The notes below the pieces were generated by a model that ran no database searches, was not told the DNA's origin, and saw only the letters and a list, made by a program, of their open reading frames with translations. Source: Pseudomonadota bacterium (GTDB lineage: Bacteria; Bdellovibrionota; Bdellovibrionia; Bdellovibrionales; Bdellovibrionaceae). From it: a stretch of DNA of 64,000 nucleotides. Both the position numbers and the translations under genes were made by a program. Of the stretch, positions 48,933-58,355 are shown in pieces (position 1 is the first letter of the stretch; every line of letters starts with the position of its first letter). The DNA is taken from contig JBEGVH010000026.1 of NCBI GenBank assembly GCA_041178425.1, positions 35,427 through 99,426 on the forward strand, given 5' to 3'.

Positions 48933-50258
48933 CTACAACTGAAAAGACAATCCGGCTTGAACAGCACCGCTGGCGGAGGCTCGTCCGACGAGCGAAAAAC
49001 CGAGTTTTTCACTGCCAGACCCCGGAAAGAGAAAGCTGAGGCGGAGCTCGGCCCAGGGATCGAGGGTGAACTGTTCTGGTTTTACTTCGATGGTATTGAG
49101 TTCTCTCTTCATGCGAGTGCCAGTGTAGTAATCGAGGACGAGTTTTCGCTCTTTAACGTAAAATTGAAAGTCGGTTCCGACGCTCATATTGAATCGAATC
49201 ATTCTAAAAAAGGTGTAGCCTAGGCCGCCGCTCACAGGAAAAATCAGTTTTTGTTCGACAAAGGGCTTGCTCTCAATGGCGAGCTCGCTGAGATCGACGG
49301 GTGGCAGTGTGTCGATGGGAGTGTTCATGTCGGGACTCCCTGGATTAGGACTATAGAGGTATTTTAATTTAGTTTCGGCATAGAATAACCCGAAGCGAGC
49401 ATTAAAATAAGGGTTGAAGTCATAATTAAAATTCGCACCATAGCGAGCGCCTGAACCTTTTTCGAAAGATCGAATCAAAGGGTCTTCAAGGCCCTGAACG
49501 TCCGAGGAATCGGGAATTTTGGAGACGGCCCCCGAGTAATCGAGGGATGACACACCAGACTCGCCGAGTAAGTCGATTTGAAGGATCCAGGCCGATGGCC
49601 CGTTTCGTCGATTGGCATTGCCAATCTTACATGCCTCGCGTTGTAACTCGGTGGTTGAACCGAGAATCCATCCAAATCCTTCGCCGGCCTCCACTTGGTA
49701 CCAAAGAGTGTTGGTTTTTTTGATCGTTCGGCGCCCAAACCAATTGAGAGAGGCTCCTTTGCCGATTTGGATAATTTTTTTTGAAGCTGAATCGGGTTCT
49801 TCGAAAACAGCGGTTTGAGTCTGTGTTACTGCGCAGAGGGGCTCAGCCGAACAAAGACCCGGAGTTCCAATTTTCACAACGGATTCATTCACTATGTAAT
49901 CACCTTGAACAAGGTGAATCGTAAAGGATCTGTTTTCAAGGTCCTTTGAAACGCTCGGAACAATTCTTCCTTTTTTGATAGGTACACTGGCCGCGCCCAC
50001 GGTTGAAATAGCTTGAACGGTTTGACTTAGAAGCAAACATGTTTTTTCGGGGGCGTTTTCAAAGGCACTTTTTCCGCCGGAACTTGAGTTTTGAATTGGT
50101 TTTGGAGCGCTCGGGCTATTAGCGGCTTCGGGCACAGGGGGCGGACCAGATGGTGCCGCAGGAGTCAGAGTGTCGTCGGCGAAAGACGTCTGCCAAACAC
50201 TCAGTGCAAGGGCAACAGGCATCCAATGGTGAGGAGAAAATAAACGGCTCAATGTCAC
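48933..50258 (-). CDS. Secreted protein with SH3-like domain and C-terminal outer-membrane beta-barrel
   Basis: Signal peptide SFA|D; Pro-rich linker; WYQVEAGEGFGWI SH3b-like motif; alternating beta strands ending GLSFQL. Confidence 0.65.
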   Translation of the reverse strand: MTLSRLFSPHHWMPVALALSVWQTSFADDTLTPAAPSGPPPVPEAANSPSAPKPIQNSSSGGKSAFENAPEKTCLLLSQTVQAISTVGAASVPIKKGRIVPSVSKDLENRSFTIHLVQGDYIVNESVVKIGTPGLCSAEPLCAVTQTQTAVFEEPDSASKKIIQIGKGASLNWFGRRTIKKTNTLWYQVEAGEGFGWILGSTTELQREACKIGNANRRNGPSAWILQIDLLGESGVSSLDYSGAVSKIPDSSDVQGLEDPLIRSFEKGSGARYGANFNYDFNPYFNARFGLFYAETKLKYLYSPNPGSPDMNTPIDTLPPVDLSELAIESKPFVEQKLIFPVSGGLGYTFFRMIRFNMSVGTDFQFYVKERKLVLDYYTGTRMKRELNTIEVKPEQFTLDPWAELRLSFLFPGSGSEKLGFSLVGRASASGAVQAGLSFQL

Positions 50259-50330
50259 TCGATTATTTTGCTCGAGAGATGTCTCATCAGCAATCAGGAA
50301 TCGATGGCCTAGACGAAAGCTCGGAAAAAG

Positions 50331-50363
50331 AAAAACACCAGAGTGGTAATCTCTGGTGTTTTT
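50331..50363. terminator. Intrinsic terminator of giant gene A
   Basis: AAAAACACCAGAG-tggtaat-CTCTGGTGTTTTT. Confidence 0.8.
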
Positions 50364-50411
50364 TCTGGGAACTAAGGTTTAAAGAATCTATTCGGCAGTC
50401 AGTGAAGCGCC

Positions 50412-53400
50412 TTACTGCTTGGCAAGATTTGGTACCTCTACCAGACGACCGGTTTCAAAGAATATATCGTAACTGTTACAGCCTTTTTTGCCACACTGGC
50501 GAGGTCCGAAAAACTTGGCTTGGTATTTAACCATATTGCCATTGTTGATCTGATTCTTTGCAGGCACTTCTTTGTAGTTGACCGCTATTTTTGTTACGTC
50601 CATTTCTGCAAGAGTCTTCATTTCGAAAGGCTCAGAAACACCGTTCACATTGTTATCAAACCAAACCAGCAGATTGTGGTATGCAGGGTCTTTATTATCG
50701 ATGACACCGTCCTTATTAACATCGTATTGAGCGAGAGCCTCGTACCCGTTCTTCGCCAAGCGCCCATTGGGCAATTGAGTGAATTGTCCAAAGAGCTCAC
50801 GGCCATCATCGATGTGACCATTATTATTTAAGTCGATTCCCAAGAAAGCTCCTTGTCGCCCCGAAACCCACCCTGTATGGGTCGGTTGACCATCGCCTGT
50901 GAGGTCAAATTTCACCTCGGAGTCTTGGGCTAAGGTTTCGATCATCCCTTTGTTGACGAAGTCGAGAACGATAGGACTGTAAAGGGTTGAGCGGTAGCCA
51001 ACTGCTGTGCCGAGCACTTCGCCTCCGTTGCCGTCCACTCGCACTGGTGTGACGGTGAAGAAGCTTGCTCGATTCCAGTTAGTTTGCTCCATACAGGCAC
51101 CGCCGTAATAGTAGGCGTCGAACAATTTTGGAACCTGAAGATCATAGCGTCCCTTTGGTCCAGCCGCATCGACTTTCGAAGCGTAAATCATTCTGTGACT
51201 CTGGGGAGATAATAAATCATTTTGAGATGTCGGAGTGGTGACCGTTGCTACATCCAGTCGGTACACAGAATCATTGCTAGCCGCACAATTGTTGGCCCCT
51301 GCTGGTTTGACAATAAAGCGATTGGCGCTACCCCAAACTCTCAGAATCATATTGTGTTTATTGGCTTCCATAGATCCATTTCTCATATTAACCCAACACA
51401 AATAGCTTCCTTGAATGTATCCCGCCGACTTGGATTCACTAAACACCACGTCGTTCATATTACTTGTGCAACTGGAAGCGACGGCGCCAGTGCCGAGGTT
51501 GTATCCTGCGTAATTGGGAAGAATATGTCGGATCGAGGTGACCTCTGGCGTGTAATTAGCCGTTGCCACAGCGGCATTCACCTGAGCCAAAATACTTGCA
51601 TCGAGGGTTGCTTTTGCCGCGTTCACTTTGGCAAGGATTGTCGAACCGGCCACTCTCGAATCGGCGTTGGCAGCGAATGCGACATAGGGAATAATGTTAC
51701 TCATATTAGTTTTCAACGAGGTCACATCTTGATAGTAAGAGGTTAGATTTGTATTTACTTGTCTCAAGGCAGTGTTGAACTCCATTTGCCATGAATCCGT
51801 TTGAGGGCTCAGGCTACGCGCTAACTCTGTGAGGGAATCAAAGCGTCGACGAGCAACATCCGAAGAAAACTTATCCCTTCCGGCTTTTGCTAATAGGAAA
51901 GCGAGTTTGTTGATTTGCGTGGTGAGAGTGGCTTCGGCTTCAGGCACTTGGGTGTCGGATACGGCCATGGCTCGCACTTTCATTTCGATCGCGTTGACCC
52001 GATTTTTTAAGCCATCATAGGAAATTCGTAAAGACTCCACCGCGCGTGGAAGTGTAAGGCTATTCGAAATGGCTGTACGAAGAGCACTGTTATTTGATGA
52101 CGAATTATCGAGAAGTTCCGCTTTGGCCCAGGCATCAATCGCAGACAAACAAGCGGCTGACGGATTGGCCTCAACCGCATCATAACTAAGCATATACGCT
52201 GTAAGGGCCTGGCTCAGAATGGCTGAGCCTACCATATCGGATCGGTCGGTTTGGCCCGAAAAGAAAATGCGATTATTAGAGTCAGAGGTGCTTCGAACAC
52301 CATTGATTAGTTCTTTGATGTAGGCAATCCCTAATAAGCGGAATGAGTCACGACCAATCACCCGATTAAACGGCGATTTGGTAATCGCCCCGCAAGTCGT
52401 TCCCAGAGCTGACGCCATGCTGGCATCAAAGAAAGGAAGATTATTTTGGTCGGCCAAATTGGAAGTGATCAACGCTTTCATGAATTCGCGATCAACATCG
52501 TTCAGTAGTGCCGGCAAGTTGGCGAGGATATCAACAAGGGCATCTCGGTCTTGCATAAAGATCGCATTGATTTCATCGGCCGATTTGGTTTTAAAACCAA
52601 CTAAGGGTGTCAGCGAGGTTGGAAAAGCCGTTTCTCTCAAGCTCACGTAGCTTGCTTGAACAGCGTAGAGTGTTTTTGAGGCGGCGTCTAACTCATCTGC
52701 GAAAGATTGATCGGCACCAGCAATCGAAGTGATCTTGCCTCCGAGAGCATTGGTGATAGCGCCTAGTCGATCCTTGGTTTTATCGTCGAGAGTAGAGATC
52801 TTGGCCTCGAGATCTTGCTTTGTCATATTGAGAGCCTGTGCGGCACGAACTTTTTCGTTTTCAAAGTCGGTTCGCAAAGAGTCGATTTGAGCGGCGAGGT
52901 TCGCTTGGACGCCATTGATCTTTTGGTCTAGTTGAGCATCGCGAAGAGCAAGGGCATAGGTCGCGCCAAAAAGTCCGCAGGCTTTCCAGCTATCTTCCGT
53001 ACAAACCGAAGTAGATCCAGAAGAAGCATTCAGATCTCCAACAAGAGATTTAATCATATTGTCGCTCACACCCTCTGGAGCCTCTAAACAACTGGCGTTA
53101 CAGTCCTTTCCGCCCCAAATGGCTAGGCCCTGAACTTCGGTGCGTTGATTAAGAAAGTGAATCGCAATGTCTTGGCGAAGGTTAATAAGTATATTAAGTC
53201 GTTCCGATGCCGTCTTGTTCATCCAACTCGCACAAGAGTTGGGAGGCACAGGAGTTCCGTTTGCATCCAGACACTCACCGCAGAAGGTGGGGTATTGAAG
53301 GGCACACATATTGTAGAGCATGAGTTCTTTGCTGCGAGTACAAGCTTCGCTCACATTGGTTTGATACGCATTGACGAACTCGTTAAAATTGGCAGCGCGC

Positions 53401-54362
53401 TGACCGAGCATCAGCTCAATACCATTGCGAGTATCGAGGTCTTCGGTACATTTCCAGTCTTTCATAGCGGCATCGTAAGAGCTGTTGCTTGCGTTTTTAA
53501 GTGCGGCCAACTCACCATTGATCGCATTCACAATTTTATTGTTCTCTTCGGTATTTTTTGAAACGGCAGCAACAAAGACGTCGTAAGACCCTTTAAAGCT
53601 CTTCATCTCCGAACCCTGCTGAGCCACAACGCCGTTTAATTGTTGATACATATTGATAGCTGACTCTGCGAGTCTGACCCCATAGTCAGCCCGTTCTTTA
53701 GCGGCTTTAATGTCAGCCTGCATTTGTGTCTTATCAGCCATGTAGTTTTTGATATGATCTGCGAGGGCGGCTTTGCCCTGTGCTTCGACGAGTTCGAGTT
53801 GTTTTCCTGTGAGGTCAATATCTTTTTGGAGCATTTTGTCGGCGTTATCGACATAGGAGATCATTCGTTTCTCAAGGGCTGGAATAACCTCGTTGTTAAT
53901 TCGATCAACCTGACCTTGGAGATTCTTAAGGTTTCCGAAGATCACGTCGATTTGGCCTTGAAGAACGAGAAAATTAATTCGGTCACGCATTTTCGACAGG
54001 GAGTCGACGAGTTTTGTATAGAGTTTTAAAACGTCGTTAGAATTGGTTGGCAGTTGCAAGTCGAAGATGAGGTTTTTAATTTTATCAAGAGAGCGAGCCA
54101 TGTTGGGGCTAAGGGTCGAAAGGTAGCTGTCTCCAGGATACTCAGACATTTGTTTAATCCCGGCTTCTGCATCGTTGATCGTTTCGAAGATGAAGTCTTC
54201 ACTCGCTATTTTTTGACTGCTGATATCTTTTACGTAATTAAAAGGTGTGGTGTTATTACAGTTTGTCCCGTAGGCAAATACAAAGGACAAAATCGCAACG
54301 TAAAAGGTGAGATAGATTCCTCTGGCTTTCGCACGATTGAGCCAATTTTTTAAAAAATTCAT
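50412..54362 (-). CDS. Giant coiled-coil surface protein A, paralog of 42686-46660, with C-terminal self-processing-module-like domain
   Basis: GGAGG RBS; colinear with paralog B over its full length; YSPIVLDF...DLNNNGHIDDGRELFG. Confidence 0.85.
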   Translation of the reverse strand: MNFLKNWLNRAKARGIYLTFYVAILSFVFAYGTNCNNTTPFNYVKDISSQKIASEDFIFETINDAEAGIKQMSEYPGDSYLSTLSPNMARSLDKIKNLIFDLQLPTNSNDVLKLYTKLVDSLSKMRDRINFLVLQGQIDVIFGNLKNLQGQVDRINNEVIPALEKRMISYVDNADKMLQKDIDLTGKQLELVEAQGKAALADHIKNYMADKTQMQADIKAAKERADYGVRLAESAINMYQQLNGVVAQQGSEMKSFKGSYDVFVAAVSKNTEENNKIVNAINGELAALKNASNSSYDAAMKDWKCTEDLDTRNGIELMLGQRAANFNEFVNAYQTNVSEACTRSKELMLYNMCALQYPTFCGECLDANGTPVPPNSCASWMNKTASERLNILINLRQDIAIHFLNQRTEVQGLAIWGGKDCNASCLEAPEGVSDNMIKSLVGDLNASSGSTSVCTEDSWKACGLFGATYALALRDAQLDQKINGVQANLAAQIDSLRTDFENEKVRAAQALNMTKQDLEAKISTLDDKTKDRLGAITNALGGKITSIAGADQSFADELDAASKTLYAVQASYVSLRETAFPTSLTPLVGFKTKSADEINAIFMQDRDALVDILANLPALLNDVDREFMKALITSNLADQNNLPFFDASMASALGTTCGAITKSPFNRVIGRDSFRLLGIAYIKELINGVRSTSDSNNRIFFSGQTDRSDMVGSAILSQALTAYMLSYDAVEANPSAACLSAIDAWAKAELLDNSSSNNSALRTAISNSLTLPRAVESLRISYDGLKNRVNAIEMKVRAMAVSDTQVPEAEATLTTQINKLAFLLAKAGRDKFSSDVARRRFDSLTELARSLSPQTDSWQMEFNTALRQVNTNLTSYYQDVTSLKTNMSNIIPYVAFAANADSRVAGSTILAKVNAAKATLDASILAQVNAAVATANYTPEVTSIRHILPNYAGYNLGTGAVASSCTSNMNDVVFSESKSAGYIQGSYLCWVNMRNGSMEANKHNMILRVWGSANRFIVKPAGANNCAASNDSVYRLDVATVTTPTSQNDLLSPQSHRMIYASKVDAAGPKGRYDLQVPKLFDAYYYGGACMEQTNWNRASFFTVTPVRVDGNGGEVLGTAVGYRSTLYSPIVLDFVNKGMIETLAQDSEVKFDLTGDGQPTHTGWVSGRQGAFLGIDLNNNGHIDDGRELFGQFTQLPNGRLAKNGYEALAQYDVNKDGVIDNKDPAYHNLLVWFDNNVNGVSEPFEMKTLAEMDVTKIAVNYKEVPAKNQINNGNMVKYQAKFFGPRQCGKKGCNSYDIFFETGRLVEVPNLAKQ

Positions 54363-54624
54363 AACCCCTCCAAACGTTCCATGGTGAACTGACGTTGGTT
54401 CTCCTTCCTATGTTATGGCAAAAGCTCAAAAAACCATAAAGATCTTAGACAGGTGTCTCGGGTGTGAACACAAAAATGAAAATTTTGGGCCAAGGGCCTG
54501 TATCAAAATGCGAGAGCGCCAAAAGCGTATCGATTCAATACAATCAAGGGTGTCGCGATTCAAAACGCTGTGGAACAATTGGGTAAGGAACTTTTGAGTG
54601 AATGAGTATTAAGTAGAGAACTCG

Positions 54625-55353
54625 TTAATGGAGGTGGTGGACGATCCAATCGCGGTAAGCACTAATGTTGGTATAAACAGAAAAGCGATCGCAGTTCACC
54701 GTACCCGCGTAAGAGGTAACGCCAACCACAGAGGCTCTTTTTCCGGTGAACAAAAAAGCTGGTCCGCCGGAGTCTCCGTGACAAGCTCCTTGAGCGGCCG
54801 TCTGTTGAAACCAGAACAGCGTCATTTTTGGGGAGTAAGAGGCTACCCGAAGAGGTAGTACGGAAAGCGAGCCCAGCGGGCTTCCTTTTCCATAACCTGC
54901 AATGATGAGTTCTGTTCCGGGAGGGAGAACCTCTTCTCTTTCAGTTCCCAAAGGTGCAATTTGGGTTTGAGGTGGGAGCCCGCCTTCAAAAAAGATCATG
55001 GCTACATCGTTGCGTTCGTCGCTATCTTTAATGTCTTTATAGTGTCCATGAATCACATAGTGGGTCGTGGTTCTCTGGAAGAGAGGGGATTGGTTATGAA
55101 AACCTTTAAAGTAAATGGTAATTAGTTCTGGTTGATCACTCAGGCAATGAGCTGCGGTTAAGAGTGCCTTCTCGCTAATGATAGTGGCGGTGCAATACTG
55201 AACGCCTGTGGCATACATCACGGTGGATTGGGCAATAGGGCTCGTGGGTTCAACCGGCTTTCCTCCATTCACGAGAGGTTTCACGCGAGAAAAAGCAATG
55301 GAACAGAATGTAAACGCAAAAATTGCAAAACATCGTAGGCTCTTCAAAGTCAT
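54625..55353 (-). CDS. Secreted trypsin-like (S1) serine protease
   Basis: LTAAHC, NDVAM, CHGDSGGP; signal peptide from ATG 55353. Confidence 0.93.
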   Translation of the reverse strand: MTLKSLRCFAIFAFTFCSIAFSRVKPLVNGGKPVEPTSPIAQSTVMYATGVQYCTATIISEKALLTAAHCLSDQPELITIYFKGFHNQSPLFQRTTTHYVIHGHYKDIKDSDERNDVAMIFFEGGLPPQTQIAPLGTEREEVLPPGTELIIAGYGKGSPLGSLSVLPLRVASYSPKMTLFWFQQTAAQGACHGDSGGPAFLFTGKRASVVGVTSYAGTVNCDRFSVYTNISAYRDWIVHHLH

Positions 55354-55517
55354 AGTTTCACCCCATTCTGACTGATGTCTTACCGGGCCTCCTGCTCCTT
55401 GGCAAATTCTATTTGGGGAGCGGTTCAATTGTATAGTGAGGGCGACAATTTTCTGTTGGAGTCATTTGAGAAAACTGATAAATGTTGTTTAATTTTCGTT
55501 CTTAAAGGGGGAGTTTT

Positions 55518-56108
55518 ATGGCCGCAAAAAAAACTGTAAAGAAAGCAAAAACAGTGACTAAAAAGGCACCTTCAAAGGTTGCGCCGAAAGTTGCTAAATC
55601 GGTAGTAAAAAAGAAAGCGCCAGCAAAGGTCGTTGAGGGTACAGAGAGCCTCCTAGGAAAAGCCTTAAGTGGACTCTCACTACCGATGACAGGTGGCAAG
55701 ACGTTTAACATAAAAGATTTTGCTGGAAAAAAAGTGGTGATCTATTTTTATCCCAAAGACATGACTCCTGGATGCACTCAAGAAGGACACGACTTTACAG
55801 CTAAAGCCTCAGATTTTAAAAAATTAAATACGGTAGTTTTCGGAATTTCGCGCGATACGATAGCCTCTCACGAGAAATTCATCAAAAAAGAGAACTACAC
55901 CATTGATCTTTTAAGTGATGAAAATGAAACCGCCTGCAGATGGTTTGATGTGATTAAAGAAAAGAACATGTACGGTAAAAAAGTGCTCGGTATTGAACGA
56001 AGTACGTTTCTCATTGGAGAAGACGGAAAAGTGCTTCAGTCTTGGAGAAAAGTGAAAGTTGACGGTCATGTCGCCGAGGTTCTCGAGTTCATTAAAAAGA
56101 ATTCGTAA
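55518..56108 (+). CDS. bcp: Peroxiredoxin Bcp/PrxQ with Lys/Ala-rich N-terminal extension
   Basis: YFYPKDMTPGCTQE, GISRD, GIERSTFLI, KVKVDGH. Confidence 0.9.
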   Translation: MAAKKTVKKAKTVTKKAPSKVAPKVAKSVVKKKAPAKVVEGTESLLGKALSGLSLPMTGGKTFNIKDFAGKKVVIYFYPKDMTPGCTQEGHDFTAKASDFKKLNTVVFGISRDTIASHEKFIKKENYTIDLLSDENETACRWFDVIKEKNMYGKKVLGIERSTFLIGEDGKVLQSWRKVKVDGHVAEVLEFIKKNS

Positions 56109-56116
56109 GTGTCTTT

Positions 56117-56140
56117 GAAGCCTCGCCTCAACGGGGCTTC
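56117..56140. terminator. Hairpin between convergent genes
   Basis: GAAGCCTCG-cctcaa-CGGGGCTTC. Confidence 0.5.
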
Positions 56141-56147
56141 GCTCCCT

Positions 56148-58193
56148 TTATAAAAAATTAAAGTGAACAGTACCAAAGACACGATTATCTGTGGTCGAAT
56201 TCTTGATGTTAAAGTCTCTGAGCTTATCGTATATTTGACCCTCTCGATAAATGCTCTCACCCGTGAGTACAAATTTTAACCAAGGGAAGCTTTTAGGGAG
56301 ATAGGCCACCCACACTTTAGCCTTATTCATCGTCTCAGAATTACTGAGTGGTAAGTTCCAATCTTGAGAAAATCGTTCTCGCCCGTTGATGTTGGACCAA
56401 TCATTTATTTCTCCTGCGACGCCGATTTCGATTTGTTGATAGTTCGACGTTAAGACCCCTCGGACCGTCGGGCCAAGGCCGTAGTCGTAGCCGCGCTTTT
56501 CTGCAATTGATTTTACAGCGGCTTGATAGGCGATGGGATTACCAATGGCCTCGCGGTACTTTTCGAGAGCATAGTTGCGAGCCATGGCAAAATCACCAAA
56601 CACATCTATCGAGAGGCGGATTTGCGCCCCTTTGAAATAAGCCGTTAAATCCAAAGTTGTACCAATGACGTTCACTGCGGCAACCCAGTCATGAATGTCG
56701 GAATAGCCCCGTGATTGGTATTCTAAACCCTGAGACAGTCCGACTATAAAGTTATAGCCCTTCATGCGGCCTTCTTCATCGAGAGTAATGTCTTTCTGGT
56801 GGTAGGCTGCGAGTACGTTCTTGAGTAAAATATATAACTCTCCCGTGACAATGCCGGTTCCCGTTGCGGAGAGGATTGCTTGCGATAAAACAGTGTCGAG
56901 GTGAAGTTCTTTGATTTTGCCAACACTGTTCATGGGGAGCTTGATGACTTCACCTTCAAAGCCGAAACGCAACGCCGTGGTGGCACCTTTATCGGTGATA
57001 GCTACGAAACCCATTCCCGTAAAGAGGTTCGTGGTGATTTGATTGTCGGGGGCAAAGCCATAGTCTTCAAGTGTTGGCCGGCGACCATCGATCAAATCAT
57101 GAAAGGCGCCAACAGGATTAAGGAGGGCGGCAAAGACTCTCGTGGTGGTTGAGTTGGGAGAGCGACCTTTGAGGGCTTGCGAAATCTGAAAGAGGCTTTC
57201 GCCAATGACCGCTCCTCCAACTGTGGTAGTAACTTCGTCATTGATGCTGACCACCTCTTTGTGTTCAAGAACGTATTCCCATAAGGTTGATCCCGCTAAA
57301 GCAAAAAGATAGCTTTCGAGCGTTTTAAAACCATTATTGCGAGCTGACCAATAATATAAGGCTCCGGCATAAGAGTGCCCCATGTTCACGCTCTGGGCAT
57401 TGTCGTCGAAGCGCCAACGCGTTCCTGAGAAAAAATTATTCCAATCGTAGTCCCAATCTTCACGATTAGCATCTTGGTTAAGTTGATAGCTTAGTTTACC
57501 TATGCCGAGGATCGCTAACATTTCCAGGCCAGCTCGGAGATAATTGCGCTGTCGAGGGTTTTCCTGAAGAAAAAGTTTATACGTTTGTTTTATTGAGTAT
57601 TCGACTTGATTTTGGCGATGAAAAAAACGTCCATTATCGCGAAGTTCCCAGCGCTCGTCTTTGGCGAGGGCTTGAAACAAAAGCGCTTTCTTGAGAGCAA
57701 TTTCCTGATGTTGAAAGGTTAGGATCTTTCGTATAAGTTTTTTGCGAGCAGTTTCGATGGTGATTTTGCTTGAATCCTTTAAATCCCATGAAAGTTTCTC
57801 AAAATCTGTTTCGTCTTGGCGATTTGAATTTGATACCGACAGGCGAAACTTTTTATTTTTGAGTATTTGCCAACGAAAGACCAGTGCAAGAGGCTTAAGA
57901 TGGTCGCGCAGAATCTCTTTATTGATATTGCTAATGTCTTTGTCGATGAGAGCTTGTTCTTCGGAAGGGCTTGAGTTCGTCGGTATAATGGAACATCGAA
58001 GGTAGGGCTCTTCGAGGCTGACCTCAATCATTTCGGCCACGATTTTCTCGCACTCCTTAGCCTGGGGTGCATCGAGAACTATGAGGTGAAAATGGCCAGA
58101 AGGGCGCTCGAAAGGGGGCGTAACTTTAGCGACGGGTGACGCCTTCGCCACGAAAGAGAAAAACAATAGGAAAAGCGCTAGTCGGGGCACCAT
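56148..58193 (-). CDS. DUF3943-like domain protein with probable C-terminal beta-barrel
   Basis: WRFDDN...N.GHSYAGALYY..AR.NG...GSTLWEY..E....SIND...T..GG..IGE motif; signal peptide; aromatic C-terminus. Confidence 0.75.
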   Translation of the reverse strand: MVPRLALFLLFFSFVAKASPVAKVTPPFERPSGHFHLIVLDAPQAKECEKIVAEMIEVSLEEPYLRCSIIPTNSSPSEEQALIDKDISNINKEILRDHLKPLALVFRWQILKNKKFRLSVSNSNRQDETDFEKLSWDLKDSSKITIETARKKLIRKILTFQHQEIALKKALLFQALAKDERWELRDNGRFFHRQNQVEYSIKQTYKLFLQENPRQRNYLRAGLEMLAILGIGKLSYQLNQDANREDWDYDWNNFFSGTRWRFDDNAQSVNMGHSYAGALYYWSARNNGFKTLESYLFALAGSTLWEYVLEHKEVVSINDEVTTTVGGAVIGESLFQISQALKGRSPNSTTTRVFAALLNPVGAFHDLIDGRRPTLEDYGFAPDNQITTNLFTGMGFVAITDKGATTALRFGFEGEVIKLPMNSVGKIKELHLDTVLSQAILSATGTGIVTGELYILLKNVLAAYHQKDITLDEEGRMKGYNFIVGLSQGLEYQSRGYSDIHDWVAAVNVIGTTLDLTAYFKGAQIRLSIDVFGDFAMARNYALEKYREAIGNPIAYQAAVKSIAEKRGYDYGLGPTVRGVLTSNYQQIEIGVAGEINDWSNINGRERFSQDWNLPLSNSETMNKAKVWVAYLPKSFPWLKFVLTGESIYREGQIYDKLRDFNIKNSTTDNRVFGTVHFNFL

Positions 58194-58264
58194 TCTTTCA
58201 CCCTCTCCGAAAAGGACGATTTTCGTTCTTCATAAAGCCCGAAGTTCGAGATCGAACCATGGTT

Positions 58265-58279
58265 GCAGGGGGTGTGCCG
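58265..58279 (-). promoter_or_regulatory. Putative sigma54 promoter
   Basis: Minus strand CGGCAC-ACCCC-CTGC upstream of ATG 58193. Confidence 0.5.
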
Positions 58280-58355
58280 AGGTTCTTTGGGTCTTAAAAT
58301 GAATTTAACGCCATGCTGTTAAAAAAAATAACCAAATTTGGAAAAGTTTAACCAA

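Noticed and set aside
42686..54362. RTX toxin/T1SS call or assembly duplication for the giant genes
   Set aside because: No GGxGxDxL nonapeptide repeats or T1SS genes; the copies differ at many synonymous sites
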